From Haplodiscus bocki (Eukaryota): a stretch of DNA of 64,000 bases. How positions within the stretch are numbered: position 1 is the stretch's first letter; every line of letters begins with the position of its first letter. Positions 38,201-51,560 of this stretch are shown here, piece by piece. The stretch lies in assembly GCA_965655095.1 (NCBI GenBank), contig OZ296651.1, positions 45,880,001 to 45,944,000 of the forward strand, written 5' to 3'. Both the position numbers and the translations under genes were made by a program. The notes under the pieces are model-generated. The model was given only the letters and a program-made list of their open reading frames with translations, was not told the origin of the DNA and ran no database searches.

Positions 38201-41200
38201 AGACGTGCGTGTAGTTGATACTTACACATGCAGATTTTGCTCCAGTTGTGGAATCAAGACGGCTTAAACCCTAATGGTAGTACTTTAGTTCACATAGACA
38301 ATACAAATATGACGTAAGGAAAGTTTTACGAAAATCATAGAGAAACGCAAAACTGAGGAATTTTGCTCAAAGTCTGAAAATCACCTTTTGGCAAATGTGT
38401 AATTAAATCGTTGACAACCATTGACTCCGGTAACGTGATCTGAAATTGAAAAAGTGAGTCATAAGTCTCAGCGGAGTCAAAAGTTTTGTTTTTCATTCAC
38501 TTAAACTGGAATTTGTCGATTCTTAGGCGTCACATTGTACATAGTGAACGTGTATCGGCAGCCGAATTTTTCAATGCTGTTGTTAGGTGTCCATAAAGTC
38601 TCCACCAAACGGAAATAATGCCAGTTAGTGTATGAAAAACATGAAAAACTGTTTTGACTCAACCTAATTTTCGAAGCCAAAAAAATTAGAGTTTTGAAAG
38701 TTTCCCCTAACTCTATCACACTGTCGCAAATAACTGTTTTGCTTGAATGTTGCGATTATGAACGAATTGATGATTTTCCTTATGAAAAATGCTCTTTCAT
38801 AGACTTTTAAACTAAAACTCGAAAGTCCCAGATTTTGTGACAAAAGTTGGTGATCATTTTTCCCACGTTCTCCATTCTTCTTTGGTCCTGATCCTTTTTA
38901 ATCTGTACTTTTGCAGCAAATAGGAGCTCTTACGTGAAACCACCGCGACACGCTTGAAAATCACATTGCTTCAAGATCATTCTCGACTGTATTTACAAAA
39001 TAAAGAATTTCCTTGGTCAAGGTCAGGTTGTCGCAGACCTGCGTTATCTGACTCATTTCTCTCGTCTGGTTTTGTACTCTCCCTGATCATGCTTCTGTTT
39101 ATCCATTTGTGTGGATGAGATTGGACCTGTGCTAAAACTGCTGAAACTTGGAAAAAAGGCCAACATATTGAGCCATTAATCTAGGCTTTTCTGAATCGTT
39201 TCGTTCCTCTGAGCCCACATTGGTGTGTGTTTGTGTTATTTTCTTTCCCTCTGCAAAGCATCTTGTTTCAACTGTTCCCTGGTTTCTTTGTCCTGCTCAA
39301 CAAGGCCAATATATAGACTGAATTATTCAACTGATTCCTACTGTTTTCCGTTCAATGAAAGTCGATAGAATAAATTTTGGTCCGAAGGAGTTTTTCCAGA
39401 TAACTAATGGCCACGCAATTTTGAGAAGCGCGTTTTTTTGGATGACGAGTTGAACGCTTTGGAATACGCGCTGTACAATGGAGAGAGTAATCATGCTGGA
39501 TATTATGCTGATGCCGAATTCCTGTCGCGAACAATGTTGGTATTGTCTATGTATTGAAAATGCATTGAGGAAGATACAGTTGAATTTTTACAACAATTGT
39601 AACAGGGCTTTTCACTACTAAAATAGTTATTACATCTTGGGGGATGACAAAGTTGAGACTAAAATTACATCTGGACACGGAACAGGGTCATCGCATCCTT
39701 CACACAATAAACAATGACCGGAAGCGGATAAGTCTCCGGAGGAATAACTGGGAACGCAGCGCATGCCCTATTTTCGATCGAAAGAATCCTTAATAATGCC
39801 AAGTGAGGCCACTTTCGTAGTGGACCTTTTAGAAAAACTTGAAATTTGAGCCTACTAGAAATGATTTTAGCTTTCTTTTTGAGGTTTACCTTTGTGTGTT
39901 TCAAGTACCAGGATCATCGATTTCTCACTCAATTTTTTGTATCTTTGATCGGATATATCCTTTCAAAACTTTCCATTGCCTTTGGTCCGAGTATGCATGA
40001 GATTTGATCTCATTTCGAGAGTTCCGAACCTGCTCAGGTGCTCTTGATCTCTCCCAACGATGAGTTTACTGCTCAATTTCGAACCGTCACGCTAGAAGTT
40101 GTTTATACCATGTGCACTGTGCCGAGGACCATTGAGTTTTCTATCGCTTTAAACTCGCGATCATTTATTGTTCGATGGGCGACTCCCTAAACAAATTCAC
40201 TACCTTAGAAAGTCAGTTACCGGCTTGGCGCCAAGATGTCAAAAGTATTGTGGTTAGTCGTTCACCCAACGCATTCTTCGTTGTTCCGGTTTAGTTTCTT
40301 CCGTGTTGTGATTTTAAACTTCGAATGTCTTTATAAGGAAATGTCTCACAATATACTGGGGAGATCTTTAGCTCACACCCCAGGAACAGAAGTATTATCA
40401 AATTGTCAAAAAACCTATTTCTGGGGAGGAACTCGCTTAAAATTTGTATTTTAAACTGGTTTGCTAGTAGTGCTGACTGTTTTCCCTGTCAGGAGTTTGA
40501 ACGTCGAATTTTTTGAGGGATTGTCTAGTAATATACTGTGGAGACCTTCAGCTTTCACGCTAGGAGCACAGATATTAATCGACGAGTAGGCAAACGGTCA
40601 AAGTTGGGCGCCATTTTGTTTTGAAATGAAACTGTGTAGACGTGCGTGTAGTTGATACTTACACATGCAGATTTTGCTCCAGTTGTGGAATCAAGACGGC
40701 TTAAACCCTAATGGTAGTACTTTAGTTCACATAGACAATACAAATATGACGTAAGGAAAGTTTTACGAAAATCATAGAGAAACGCAAAACTGAGGAATTT
40801 TGCTCAACGTCTGAAAATCACCTTTTGGCAAATGTTTAATTAAATCGTTGACAACCATTGACTCCGGTAACGTGATCTGAAATTGAAAAAGTGAGTCATA
40901 AGTCTCAGCGGAGTCAAAAGTTTTGTTTTTCATTCACTTAAAACTGGAATTTGTCGATTCTTAGGCGTCACATTGTACATAGTGAACGTGTATGGGCAGC
41001 CGAATTTTTCAATGCTGTTGTTAGGTGTCCATAAAGTCTCCACCAAACGGAAATAAGGCCAGTTAGTGTATGAAAAACATGAAAAACTGTTTTGAATCAA
41101 CCTAATTTTCGAAGCCAAAGAAATTAGAGTTTTGAAAGTTTTCCCTAACTCTATCACACTGTCGCAAATAACTGTTTTGCTGGAATGTTGCGATTATGAA

Positions 41201-44200
41201 CGAATTGATGATTTTCCTTATGAAAAATGCTCTTTCGTAGACTTTTAAACCAAAACTCGAAAGTCCCAGATTTTGTGACAAAAGTTGGTGATCATTTTTC
41301 CGACGTTCTCCATTCTTCTTTGGTCCTGATCCTTTTTAATCTGTACTTTTGCAGCAAATAGGAGCTCTTACGTGAAACCACCGCGACACGCTTGAAAATC
41401 ACATTGCTTCAAGATCATTCTCGACTGTATTTACAAAATAAAGAATTTCCTTGGTCAAGGTCAGGTTGTCGCAGACCTGCGTTATCTGACTCATTTCTCT
41501 CGTCTGGTTTTGTACTCTCCCTGATCATGCTTCTGTTTATCCATTTGTGTGGATGAGATTGGACCTGTGCTAAAACTGCTGAAACTTGGAAAAAAGGCCA
41601 ACATATTGAGCCATTAATCTAGGCTTTTCTGAATCGTTTCGTTCCTCTGAGCCCACATTGGTGTGTGTTTGTGTTATTTTCTTTCCCTCTGCAAAGCATC
41701 TTGTTTCAACTGTTCCCTGGTTTCTTTGTCCTGCTCAACAAGGCCAATATATAGACTGAATTATTCAACTGATTCCTACTGTTTTCCGTTCAATGAAAGT
41801 CGATAGAATAAATTTTGGTCCGAAGGCGTTTTTCCAGATAACTAATGGCCACGCAATTTTGAGAAGCGCGTTTTTTTGGATGACGAGTTGAACGCTTTGG
41901 AATACGCGCTGTACAATGGAGAGAGTAATCATGCTGGATATTATGCTGATGCCGAATTGCTGTCGCGAACAATGTTGGTATTGTCTATGTATTGAAAATG
42001 CATTGAGGAAGATACAGTTGAATTTTTACAACAATTGTAACAGGGATTTTCACTGCTAAAATAGTTATTACATCTTGGGGGATGACAAAGTTGAGACTAA
42101 AATTACATCTGGACACGGAACAGGGTCATCGCATCCTTCACACAATAAACAACGACCGGAAGCGGATAAGTCTCCGGAGGAATAACTGGGAACGCAGCGC
42201 ATGCCCTATTTTCGATCGAAAGAATCCTTAATAATGCCAAGTGAGGCCACTTTCGTAGTGGACCTTTTAGAAAAACTTGAAGTTTGAGCCTACTAGAAAT
42301 GATTTTAGCTTTTTTTGAGGTTTACCTTTGTGTGTTTCAAGTACCAGGATCATCGATTTCTCACTCAATTTTTTGTATCTTTGATCGGATATATCCTTTC
42401 AAAACTTTCCATTGCCTTTGGTCCGAGTATGCATGAGATTTGATCTCATTTCGAGAGTTCCGAACCTGCTCAGGTGCTCTTGATCTCTCCCAACGATGAG
42501 TTTACTGCTCAATTTCGAACCGTCACGCTAGAAGTTGTTTATACCATGTGCACTGTGCCGAGGACCATTGAGTTTTCTATCGCTTTAAACTCGCGATCAT
42601 TTATTGTTCGATGGGTGACTCCCTAAACAAATTCACTACCTTAGAAAGTCAGTTACCGGCTTGGCGCCAAGATGTCAAAAGTATTGCGGTTAGTCGTTCA
42701 CCCAACGCATTCTTCGTTGTTCCGGTTTAGTTTCTTCCGTGTTGTGATTTTAAACTTCGAATGTCTTTATAAGGAAATGTCTCACAATATACTGGGGAGA
42801 TCTTTAGCTCACACCCCAGGAACAGAAGTATTATCAAATTGTCAAAAAACCTATTTCTGGGGAGGAACTCGCTTAAAATTTGTATTTTAAACTGGTTTGC
42901 TAGTAGTGCTGACTGTTTTCCCTGTCAGGAGTTTGAACGTCGAATTTTTTGAGGGATTGTCTGGTAATATACTGTGGAGACCTTCAGCTTTCACGCTAGG
43001 AGCACAGATATTAACCGACGAGTAGGCAAACGGTCAATGTTGGGCGCCATTTTGTTTTGAAATGAAACTGTGTAGACGTGCGTGTAGTTGATACTTACAC
43101 ATGCAGATTTTGCTCCAGTTGTGGAATCAAGACGGCTGAAACCCTAATGGTAGTACTTTAGTTCACATAGACAATACAAATATGACGTAAGGAAAGTTTT
43201 ACGAAAATCATAGAGAAACGCAAAACTGAGGAATTTTGCTCAACGTCTGAAAATCACCTTTTGGTAAATGTGTAATTAAATCGTTGACAACCATTGACTC
43301 CGGTAACGTGATCTGAAATTGAAAAAGTGAGTCATAAGTCTCAGCGGAGTCAAAAGTTTTGTTTTTCATTCACTTAAACTGGAATTTGTCGATTCTTAGG
43401 CGTCACATTGTACATAGTGAACGTGTATGGGCAGCCGAATTTTTCAATGCTGTTGTTAGGTGTCCATAAAGTCTCCACCAAACGGAAATAAGGCCAGTTA
43501 GTGTATGAAAAACATGAAAAACTGTTTTGAATCAACCTAATTTTCGAAGCCAAAGAAATTAGAGTTTTGAAAGTTTTCCCTAACTCTATCACACTGTCGC
43601 AAATAACTGTTTTGCTGGAATGTTGCGATTATGAACGAATTGATGATTTTCCTTATGAAAAATGCTCTTTCGTAGACTTTTAAACCAAAACTCGAAAGTC
43701 CCAGATTTTGTGACAAAAGTTGGTGATCATTTTTCCCACGTTCTCCATTCTTCTTTGGTCCTGATCCTTTTTAATCTGTACTTTTGCAGCAAATAGGAGC
43801 TCTTACGTGAAACCACCGCGACACGCTTGAAAATCACATTGCTTCAAGATCATTCTCGACTGTATTTACAAAATAAAGAATTTCCTTGGTCAAGGTCAGG
43901 TTGTCGCAGACCTGCGTTATCTGACTCATTTCTCTCGTCTGGTTTTGTACTCTCCCTGATCATGCTTCTGTTTATCCATTTGTGTGGATGAGATTGGACC
44001 TGTGCTAAAACTGCTGAAACTTGGAAAAAAGGACAACATATTGAGCCATTAATCTAGGCTTATCTGAATCGTTTCGTTCCTCTGAGCCCACATTGGTGTG
44101 TGTTTGTGTTATTTTCTTTCCCTCTGCAAAGCATCTTGTTTCAACTGTTCCCTGGTTTCTTCGTCCTGCTCAACAAGGCCAATATATAGACTGAATTATT

Positions 44201-47200
44201 CAACTGATTCCTACTGTTTTCCGTTCAATGAAAGTCGATAGAATAAATTTTGGTCCGAAGGCGTTTTTCCAGATAACTAATGGCCACGCAATTTTGAGAA
44301 GCGCGTTTTTTTGGATGACGAGTTGAACGCTTTGGAATACGCGCTGTACAATGGAGAGAGTAATCATGCTGGATATTATGCTGATGCCGAATTGCTGTCG
44401 CGAACAATGTTGGTATTGTCTATGTATTGAAAATCCATTGAGGAAGATACACTTGAATTTTTACAACAATTGTAACGAGGCTTTTCACTGCTAAAATAGT
44501 TATTACATCTTGGGGGATGACAAAGTTGAGACTAAAATTACATCTGGACACGGAACAGTGTCATCGCATCCTTCACACAATAAACAATGACCGGAAGCGG
44601 ATAATTCTCCGGAGGAATAACTGGAAACGCAGCGCATGCCCTATTTTCGATCGAAAGAATCCTTAATAATGCCAAGTGAGGCCACTTTCGTAGTGGACCT
44701 TTTAGAAAAACTTGAAGTTTGAGCCTACTAGAAATGATTTTAGCTTTTTTTTTGAGGTTTACCTTTGTGTGTTTCAAGTACCAGGATCATCGATTTCTCA
44801 CTCAATTTTTTGTATCTTTGATCGGATATTTCTTTTCAAAACTTTCCATTGCCTTTGGTCCGAGTATGCATGGGATTTGATCTCATTTCGAGAGTTCCGA
44901 ACCTGCTCAGGTGCTCTTGATCTCTCCCAACGATGAGTTTACTGCTCAATTTCGAACCGTCACGCTAGAAGTTGTTTATACCATGTGCACTGTGCCGAGG
45001 ACCATTGAGTTTTCTATCGCTTTAAACTCGCGATCATTTATTGTTCGATGGGCGACTCCCTAAACAAATTCACTACCTTAGAAAGTCAGTTACCGGCTTG
45101 GCGCCAAGACGTCAAAAGTATTGTGGTTAGTCGTTCACCCAACGCATTCTTCGTTGTTCCGGTTTAGTTTCTTCCGTGTTGTGATTTTAAACTTCGAATG
45201 TCTTTATAAGGAAATGTCTCACAATATACTGGGGAGATCTTTAGCTCACACCCCAGGAACAGAAGTATTATCAAGTTGTCAAAAAACCTATTTCTGGGGA
45301 GGAACTCGCTCAAAATTTGTATTTTAAACTGGTTTGCTAGTAGTGCTGACTGTTTTCCCTGTCAGGAGTTTGAACGTCGAATTTTTTGAGGGATTGTCTG
45401 GTAATATACTGTGGAGACCTTCAGCTTTCACGCTAGGAGCACAGATATTAACCGACGAGTAGGCAAACGGTCAATGTTGGGCGCCATTTTGTTTTGAAAT
45501 GAAACTGTGTAGACGTGCGTGTAGTTGATACTTACACATGCAGATTTTGCTCCAGTTGTGGAATCAAGACGGCTTAAACCCTAATGGTAGTACTTTAGTT
45601 CACATAGACAATACAAATATGACGTAAGGAAAGTTCTAACGAAAATCATAGAGAAACGCAAAACTGAGTAATTTTGCTCAACGTCTGAAAATCACCTTTT
45701 GGCAAATGTGTAATTAAATCGTTGACAACCATTGACTCCGGTAACGTGATCTGAAATTGAAAAAGTGAGTCATAAGTCTCAGCGGAGTCAAAAGTTTTGT
45801 TTTTCATTCACTTAAACTGGAATTTGTCGATTCTTAGGCGTCACATTGTACATAGTGAACGTGTATGGGCAGCCGAATTTTTCAATGCTGTTGTTAGGTG
45901 TCCATAAAGTCTCCACCAAACGGAAATAAGGCCAGTTAGTGTATGAAAAACATGAAAAACTGTTTTGAATCAACCTAATTTTCGAAGCCAAAGAAATTAG
46001 AGTTTTGAAAGTTTTCCCTAACTCTATCACACTGTCGCAAATAACTGTTTTGCTGGAATGTTGCGATTATGAACGAATTGATGATTTTCCTTATGAAAAA
46101 TGCTCTTTCATAGACTTTTAAACTAAAACTCGAAAGTCCCAGATTTTGTGACAAAAGTTGGTGATCATTTTTCCCACGTTCTCCATTCTTCTTTGGTCCT
46201 GATCCTTTTTAATCTGTACTTTTGCAGCAAATAGGAGCTCTTACGTGAAACCACCGCGACACGCTTGAAAATCACATTGCTTCAAGATCATTCTCGACTG
46301 TATTTACAAAATAAAGAATTTCCTTGGTCAAGGTCAGGTTGTCGCAGACCTGCGTTATCTGACTCATTTCTCTCGTCTGGTTTTGTACTCTCCCTGATCA
46401 TGCTTCTGTTTATCCATTTGTGTGGATGAGATTGGACCTGTGCTAAAACTGCTGAAACTTGGAAAAAAGGCCAACATATTGAGCCATTAATCTAGGCTTA
46501 TCTGAATCGTTTCGTTCCTCTGAGCCCACATTGGTGTGTGTTTGTGTTATTTTCTTTCCCTCTGCAAAGCATCTTGTTTCAACTGTTCCCTGGTTTCTTC
46601 GTCCTGCTCAACAAGGCCAATATATAGACTGAATTATTCAACTGATTCCTACTGTTTTCCGTTCAATGAAAGTCGATAGAATAAATTTTGGTCCGAAGGC
46701 GTTTTTCCAGATAACTAATGGCCACGCAATTTTGAGAAGCGCGTTTTTTTGGATGACGAGTTGAACGCTTTGGAATACGCGCTGTACAATGGAGAGAGTA
46801 ATCATGCTGGATATTATGCTGATGCCGAATTGCTGTCGCGAACAATGTTGGTATTGTCTATGTATTGAAAATCCATTGAGGAAGATACACTTGAATTTTT
46901 ACAACAATTGTAACGAGGCTTTTCACTGCTAAAATAGTTATTACATCTTGGGGGATGACAAAGTTGAGACTAAAATTACATCTGGACACGGAACAGTGTC
47001 ATCGCATCCTTCACACAATAAACAATGACCGGAAGCGGATAATTCTCCGGAGGAATAACTGGAAACGCAGCGCATGCCCTATTTTCGATCGAAAGAATCC
47101 TTAATAATGCCAAGTGAGGCCACTTTCGTAGTGGACCTTTTAGAAAAACTTGAAGTTTGAGCCTACTAGAAATGATTTTAGCTTTTTTTTTGAGGTTTAC

Positions 47201-50200
47201 CTTTGTGTGTTTCAAGTACCAGGATCATCGATTTCTCACTCAATTTTTTGTATCTTTGATCGGATATTTCTTTTCAAAACTTTCCATTGCCTTTGGTCCG
47301 AGTATGCATGGGATTTGATCTCATTTCGAGAGTTCCGAACCTGCTCAGGTGCTCTTGATCTCTCCCAACGATGAGTTTACTGCTCAATTTCGAACCGTCA
47401 CGCTAGAAGTTGTTTATACCATGTGCACTGTGCCGAGGACCATTGAGTTTTCTATCGGTTTAAACTCGCGATCATTTATTGTTCGATGGGCGACTCCCTA
47501 AACAAATTCACTACCTTAGAAAGTCAGTTACCGGCTTGGCGCCAAGATGTCAAAAGTATTGTGGTTAGTCGTTCACCCAACGCATTCTTCGTTGTTCCGG
47601 TTTAGTTTCTTCCGTGTTGTGATTTTAAACTTCGAATGTCTTTATAAGGAAATGTCTCACAATATACTGGGGAGATCTTTAGCTCACACCCCAGGAACAG
47701 AAGTATTATCAAGTTGTCAAAAAACCTATTTCTGGGGAGGAACTCGCTCAAAATTTGTATTTTAAACTGGTTTGCTAGTAGTGCTGACTGTTTTCCCTGT
47801 CAGGAGTTTGAACGTCGAATTTTTTGAGGGATTGTCTGGTAATATACTGTGGAGACCTTCAGCTTTCACGCTAGGAGCACAGATATTAACCGACGAGTAG
47901 GCAAACGGTCAATGTTGGGCGCCATTTTGTTTTGAAATGAAACTGTGTAGACGTGCGTGTAGTTGATACTTACACATGCAGATTTTGCTCCAGTTGTGGA
48001 ATCAAGACGGCTTAAACCCTAATGGTAGTACTTTAGTTCACATAGACAATACAAATATGACGTAAGGAAAGTTCTAACGAAAATCATAGAGAAACGCAAA
48101 ACTGAGTAATTTTGCTCAACGTCTGAAAATCACCTTTTGGCAAATGTGTAATTAAATCGTTGACAACCATTGACTCCGGTAACGTGATCTGAAATTGAAA
48201 AAGTGAGTCATAAGTCTCAGCGGAGTCAAAAGTTTTGTTTTTCATTCACTTAAAACTGGAATTTGTCGATTCTTAGGCGTCACATTGTACATAGTGAACG
48301 TGTATGGGCAGCCGAATTTTTCAATGCTGTTGTTAGGTGTCCATAAAGTCTCCACCAAACGGAAATAAGGCCAGTTAGTGTATGAAAAACATGAAAAACT
48401 GTTTTGAATCAACCTAATTTTCGAAGCCAAAGAAATTAGAGTTTTGAAAGTTTTCCCTAACTCTATCACACTGTCGCAAATAACTGTTTTGCTGGAATGT
48501 TGCGATTATGAACGAATTGATGATTTTCCTTATGAAAAATGCTCTTTCATAGACTTTTAAACTAAAACTCGAAAGTCCCAGATTTTGTGACAAAAGTTGG
48601 TGATCATTTTTCCCACGTTCTCCATTCTTCTTTGGTCCTGATCCTTTTTAATCTGTACTTTTGCAGCAAATAGGAGCTCTTACGTGAAACCACCGCGACA
48701 CGCTTGAAAATCACATTGCTTCAAGATCATTCTCGACTGTATTTACAAAATAAAGAATTTCCTTGGTCAAGGTCAGGTTGTCGCAGACCTGCGTTATCTG
48801 ACTCATTTCTCTCGTCTGGTTTTGTACTCTCCCTGATCATGCTTCTGTTTATCCATTTGTGTGGATGAGATTGGACCTGTGCTAAAACTGCTGAAACTTG
48901 GAAAAAAGGCCAACATATTGAGCCATTAATCTAGGCTTTTCTGAATCGTTTCGTTCCTCTGAGCCCACATTGGTGTGTGTTTGTGTTATTTTCTTTCCCT
49001 CTGCAAAGCATCTTGTTTCAACTGTTCCCTGGTTTCTTTGTCCTGCTCAACAAGGCCAATATATAGACTGAATTTTCCAACTGATTCCTACTGTTTTCCG
49101 TTAAATGAATGTCCATGGAATAAGTTTTGGTCCGAAGGTGTTTTTCCAGATAACTAATGGCCACGCAATTTTGAGAAGCGCGATTTTTTGGATGACGAGT
49201 TGAACGCTTTGGAATACGCGCTGTGCAATGGAGAGAGTAATCATGCTGGATATTATGCTAATGCCGAATTGCTGTCGCAAACAATGTTGGTATTGTCTAT
49301 GTATTGAAAATGCATTGAGGAAGATACAGTTGAATTTTTACAACAATTGTAACAGGGCTTTTCACTGCTAAAATAGTTATTACATCTTGGGGGATGACAA
49401 AGTTGAGACTAAAATTACATCTGGACACGGAACAGTGTCATCGCATCCTTCACACAATAAACAATGACCGGAAGCGGATAATTCTCCGGAGGAATAACTG
49501 GAAACGCAGCGCAGGCGCTATTTTCGATCGAAAGAATCCTTAATAATGCCAAGTGAGGCCACTTTCGTAGTGGACCTTTTAGAAAAACTTGAAGTTTGAG
49601 CCTACTAGAAATGATTTTAGCTTTTTTTTGAAGTTTACCTTTGTGTGTTTCAAGTACCAGGATCATCGATTTCTCACTCAATTTTTTGTATCTTTGATCG
49701 GATATTTCTTTTCAAAACTTTCCATTGCCTTTGGTCCGAGTATGCATGGGATTTGATCTCATTTCGAGAGTTCCGAACCTGCTCAGGTGCTCTTGATCTC
49801 TCCCAACGATGAGTGTACTGCTCAATTTCGAACCGTCACGCTAGAAGTTGTTTGTACCATGTGCACTGTGCCGAGGACCATTGAGTTTTCTATCGCTTTA
49901 AATTGGCGATCATTTATTGTTCGATGGGCGACTGCCTAAACAAATGCACTACCTTAGAAAGTCAGTTACCGGCTTGGCGCCAAGATGTCAAAAGTATTGT
50001 GGTTAGTCGTTCACCCAACGCATTCTTCGTTGTTCCGGTTTAGTTTCTTCCGTGTTGTGATTTTAAACTTCGAATGTCTTTATAAGGAAATGTCTCACAA
50101 TATACTGGGGAGATCTTTAGCTCACACCCCAGGAACAGAAGTATTATCAAATTGTCAAAAAACCTATTTCTGGGGAGGAACTCGCTTAAAATTTGTATTT

Positions 50201-50830
50201 TAAACTGGTTTGCTAGTAGTGCTGACTGTTTTCCCTGTCAGGAGTTTGAACGTCGAATTTTTTGAGGGATTGTCTGGTAATATACTGTGGAGACCTTCAG
50301 CTTTCACGCTAGGAGCACAGATATTAACCGACGAGTAGGCAAACGGTCAATGTTGGGCGCCATTTTGTTTTGAAATGAAACTGTGTAGACGTGCGTGTAG
50401 TTGATACTTACACATGCAGATTCTGCTCCAGTTGTGGAATCAAGACGGCTTAAACCCTAATGGTAGTACTTTAGTTCACATAGACAATACAAATATGACG
50501 TAAGGAAAGTTCTAACGAAAATCATAGAGAAACGCAAAACTGAGTAATTTTGCTCAACGTCTGAAAATCACCTTTTGGCAAATGTGTAATTAAATCGTTG
50601 ACAACCAATGACTCCGGTAACGTGATCTGAAATTGACAAATTGAGTCATAAGTCTCAGCGGAGTCAAAAGTTTGTTTTTCATTCACTTAAACTGGAATTT
50701 GTCGCTTCTTAGGCGTCACATTGTACATAGTGAACGTGTATGGGCAGCCGAATTTTTCAATGCTGTTGTTAGGTGTCCATAAAGTCTCCACCAAACGAAA
50801 ATAAGGCCAGTTAGTGTATGAAAAACATGA
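35234..50830. repeat. Macrosatellite subfamily B3 (homogeneous ~2437 bp units)
   Basis: Six full units of 2436-2438 bp sharing variants such as GTGTGTGTTTGTGTTATTTTC, CAAAATAAAGAATTTCC and TTTCTGGGGAGGAACTCGC. Confidence 0.92.
41880..42750 (+). mobile_element. Heavily decayed Ty3/Gypsy integrase-like relic inside the repeat unit (example copy; present in every unit)
   Basis: Frameshifted hand translation gives motifs in integrase order: HAGYY..Y*KC.EEDTVEF (41930-42030), GHRILHT..NNW..CQ (42121-42240), DF..GLP..KY..IID.FTQF (42301-42371), LISPNDEFTAQF (42483), FSIA..DG (42573-42615), THSS..FSFFRVV (42702-42746). These resemble HHCC, DF.tGLP..KY.lv.vD.ftK, SDNG.EF, FS.AYHPQ.DG and HSS.G.SPF.VV. 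Many stops and frameshifts; no HMM was run. Confidence 0.45.
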
Positions 50831-50949
50831 AAAACTGTTTTGAATCAACCTGTTTTTCGAAGTCGCAGAAATTAGAGTTTTGAAAGTTTTCCCTAACTCT
50901 ATTACACTGTCGCAAATACTGTGTTTTGCTTGAGTGTTGCGATTATGAA

Positions 50950-51560
50950 CGAATAAAAGATTTTCTGTATTAAAATGCTCTTTTGTGGCCTTTTATACCA
51001 AATTTCGAAATTCCCAGATTTTGCGGCAAAAGTTGGTCATCATTTTTTCCGACGTTCTACTTTCTTCTTTGGTCCTGATCGTTTTTTTTTTCTGTACTTT
51101 TGCAGCAAATAGGCGCTCTTACGTGAAAACACCGCGACACGCTAGAAAATCACATTGTTTGGAAATCACATATCGACCTTATTTACCAAATTCGGAATAT
51201 GATTGGTCAAGGTCAGGTTGTCGTAGACCTGCGTTATCTGACTCATTTCGCTCGTCAGGTTTTGTACTATCCCTGATCATCGTTTTGTTTATCCTATTGT
51301 GCGGGTGAAGTTGGACCTGTGCTAATAATTGCTAAACCTTGTAAAATAGGCCAACGTTTTAAGCCAATGTTCCAGGCTAATCCGAATTGGTTCCTTTTTT
51401 GAACCAACCTTGATGTCTACTTTTTTGATTCCTTTCCCACTGCAAGGAATGTTTTTTGCAACCACTTTCACGTTGTTCTTTCCCTTTCTTCCTTCTCAAC
51501 GAGGCAAATAGTTGGACTGCAGTTTCCTAATGATTCGTAGTGTATTCAGTTAGTTGAAAG
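50950..51560. repeat. Degenerate terminal partial unit (right array boundary)
   Basis: Similarity to the unit decays progressively (e.g. TTCCTTTCCCACTGCAAGG at ~51430, TGATTCGTAGTGTATTCAGTTAGTTGAAAGTC at ~51531) and is lost after ~51560. Confidence 0.85.

Larger units (their letters stand above)
1..51560. repeat. Head-to-tail macrosatellite, 2.28-2.44 kb unit, 21 full units plus a partial terminal unit; runs off the left edge of the window
   Basis: The anchor CCATGTGCACTGTGCC recurs 22 times with spacings 2296, 2284, 2285, 2284, 2284, 2282, 2283, 2432, 2438, 2305, 2431, 2440, 2305, 2435, 2439, 2437, 2437, 2436, 2437, 2438, 2438. The same short ORFs recur at this period in the ORF track. Confidence 0.99.

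Noticed and set aside
640-51308. Dozens of recurring 60-158 aa ORFs in the array (e.g. NSFSCFSYTNWPYFRLVETFWIPNN...)
   Set aside because: Starts, lengths and frames change between units, B1 units frameshift the core, many start at non-ATG codons and no family is recognisable. They are repeat artefacts, not a tandem gene family.
1-51560. rDNA, 5S, histone or tRNA tandem array, or CRISPR array
   Set aside because: No rRNA, 5S, histone or cloverleaf signatures. Only an 11-nt tRNA-Lys 3' match is present (interpreted as PBS-like), and there is no short repeat-spacer structure.
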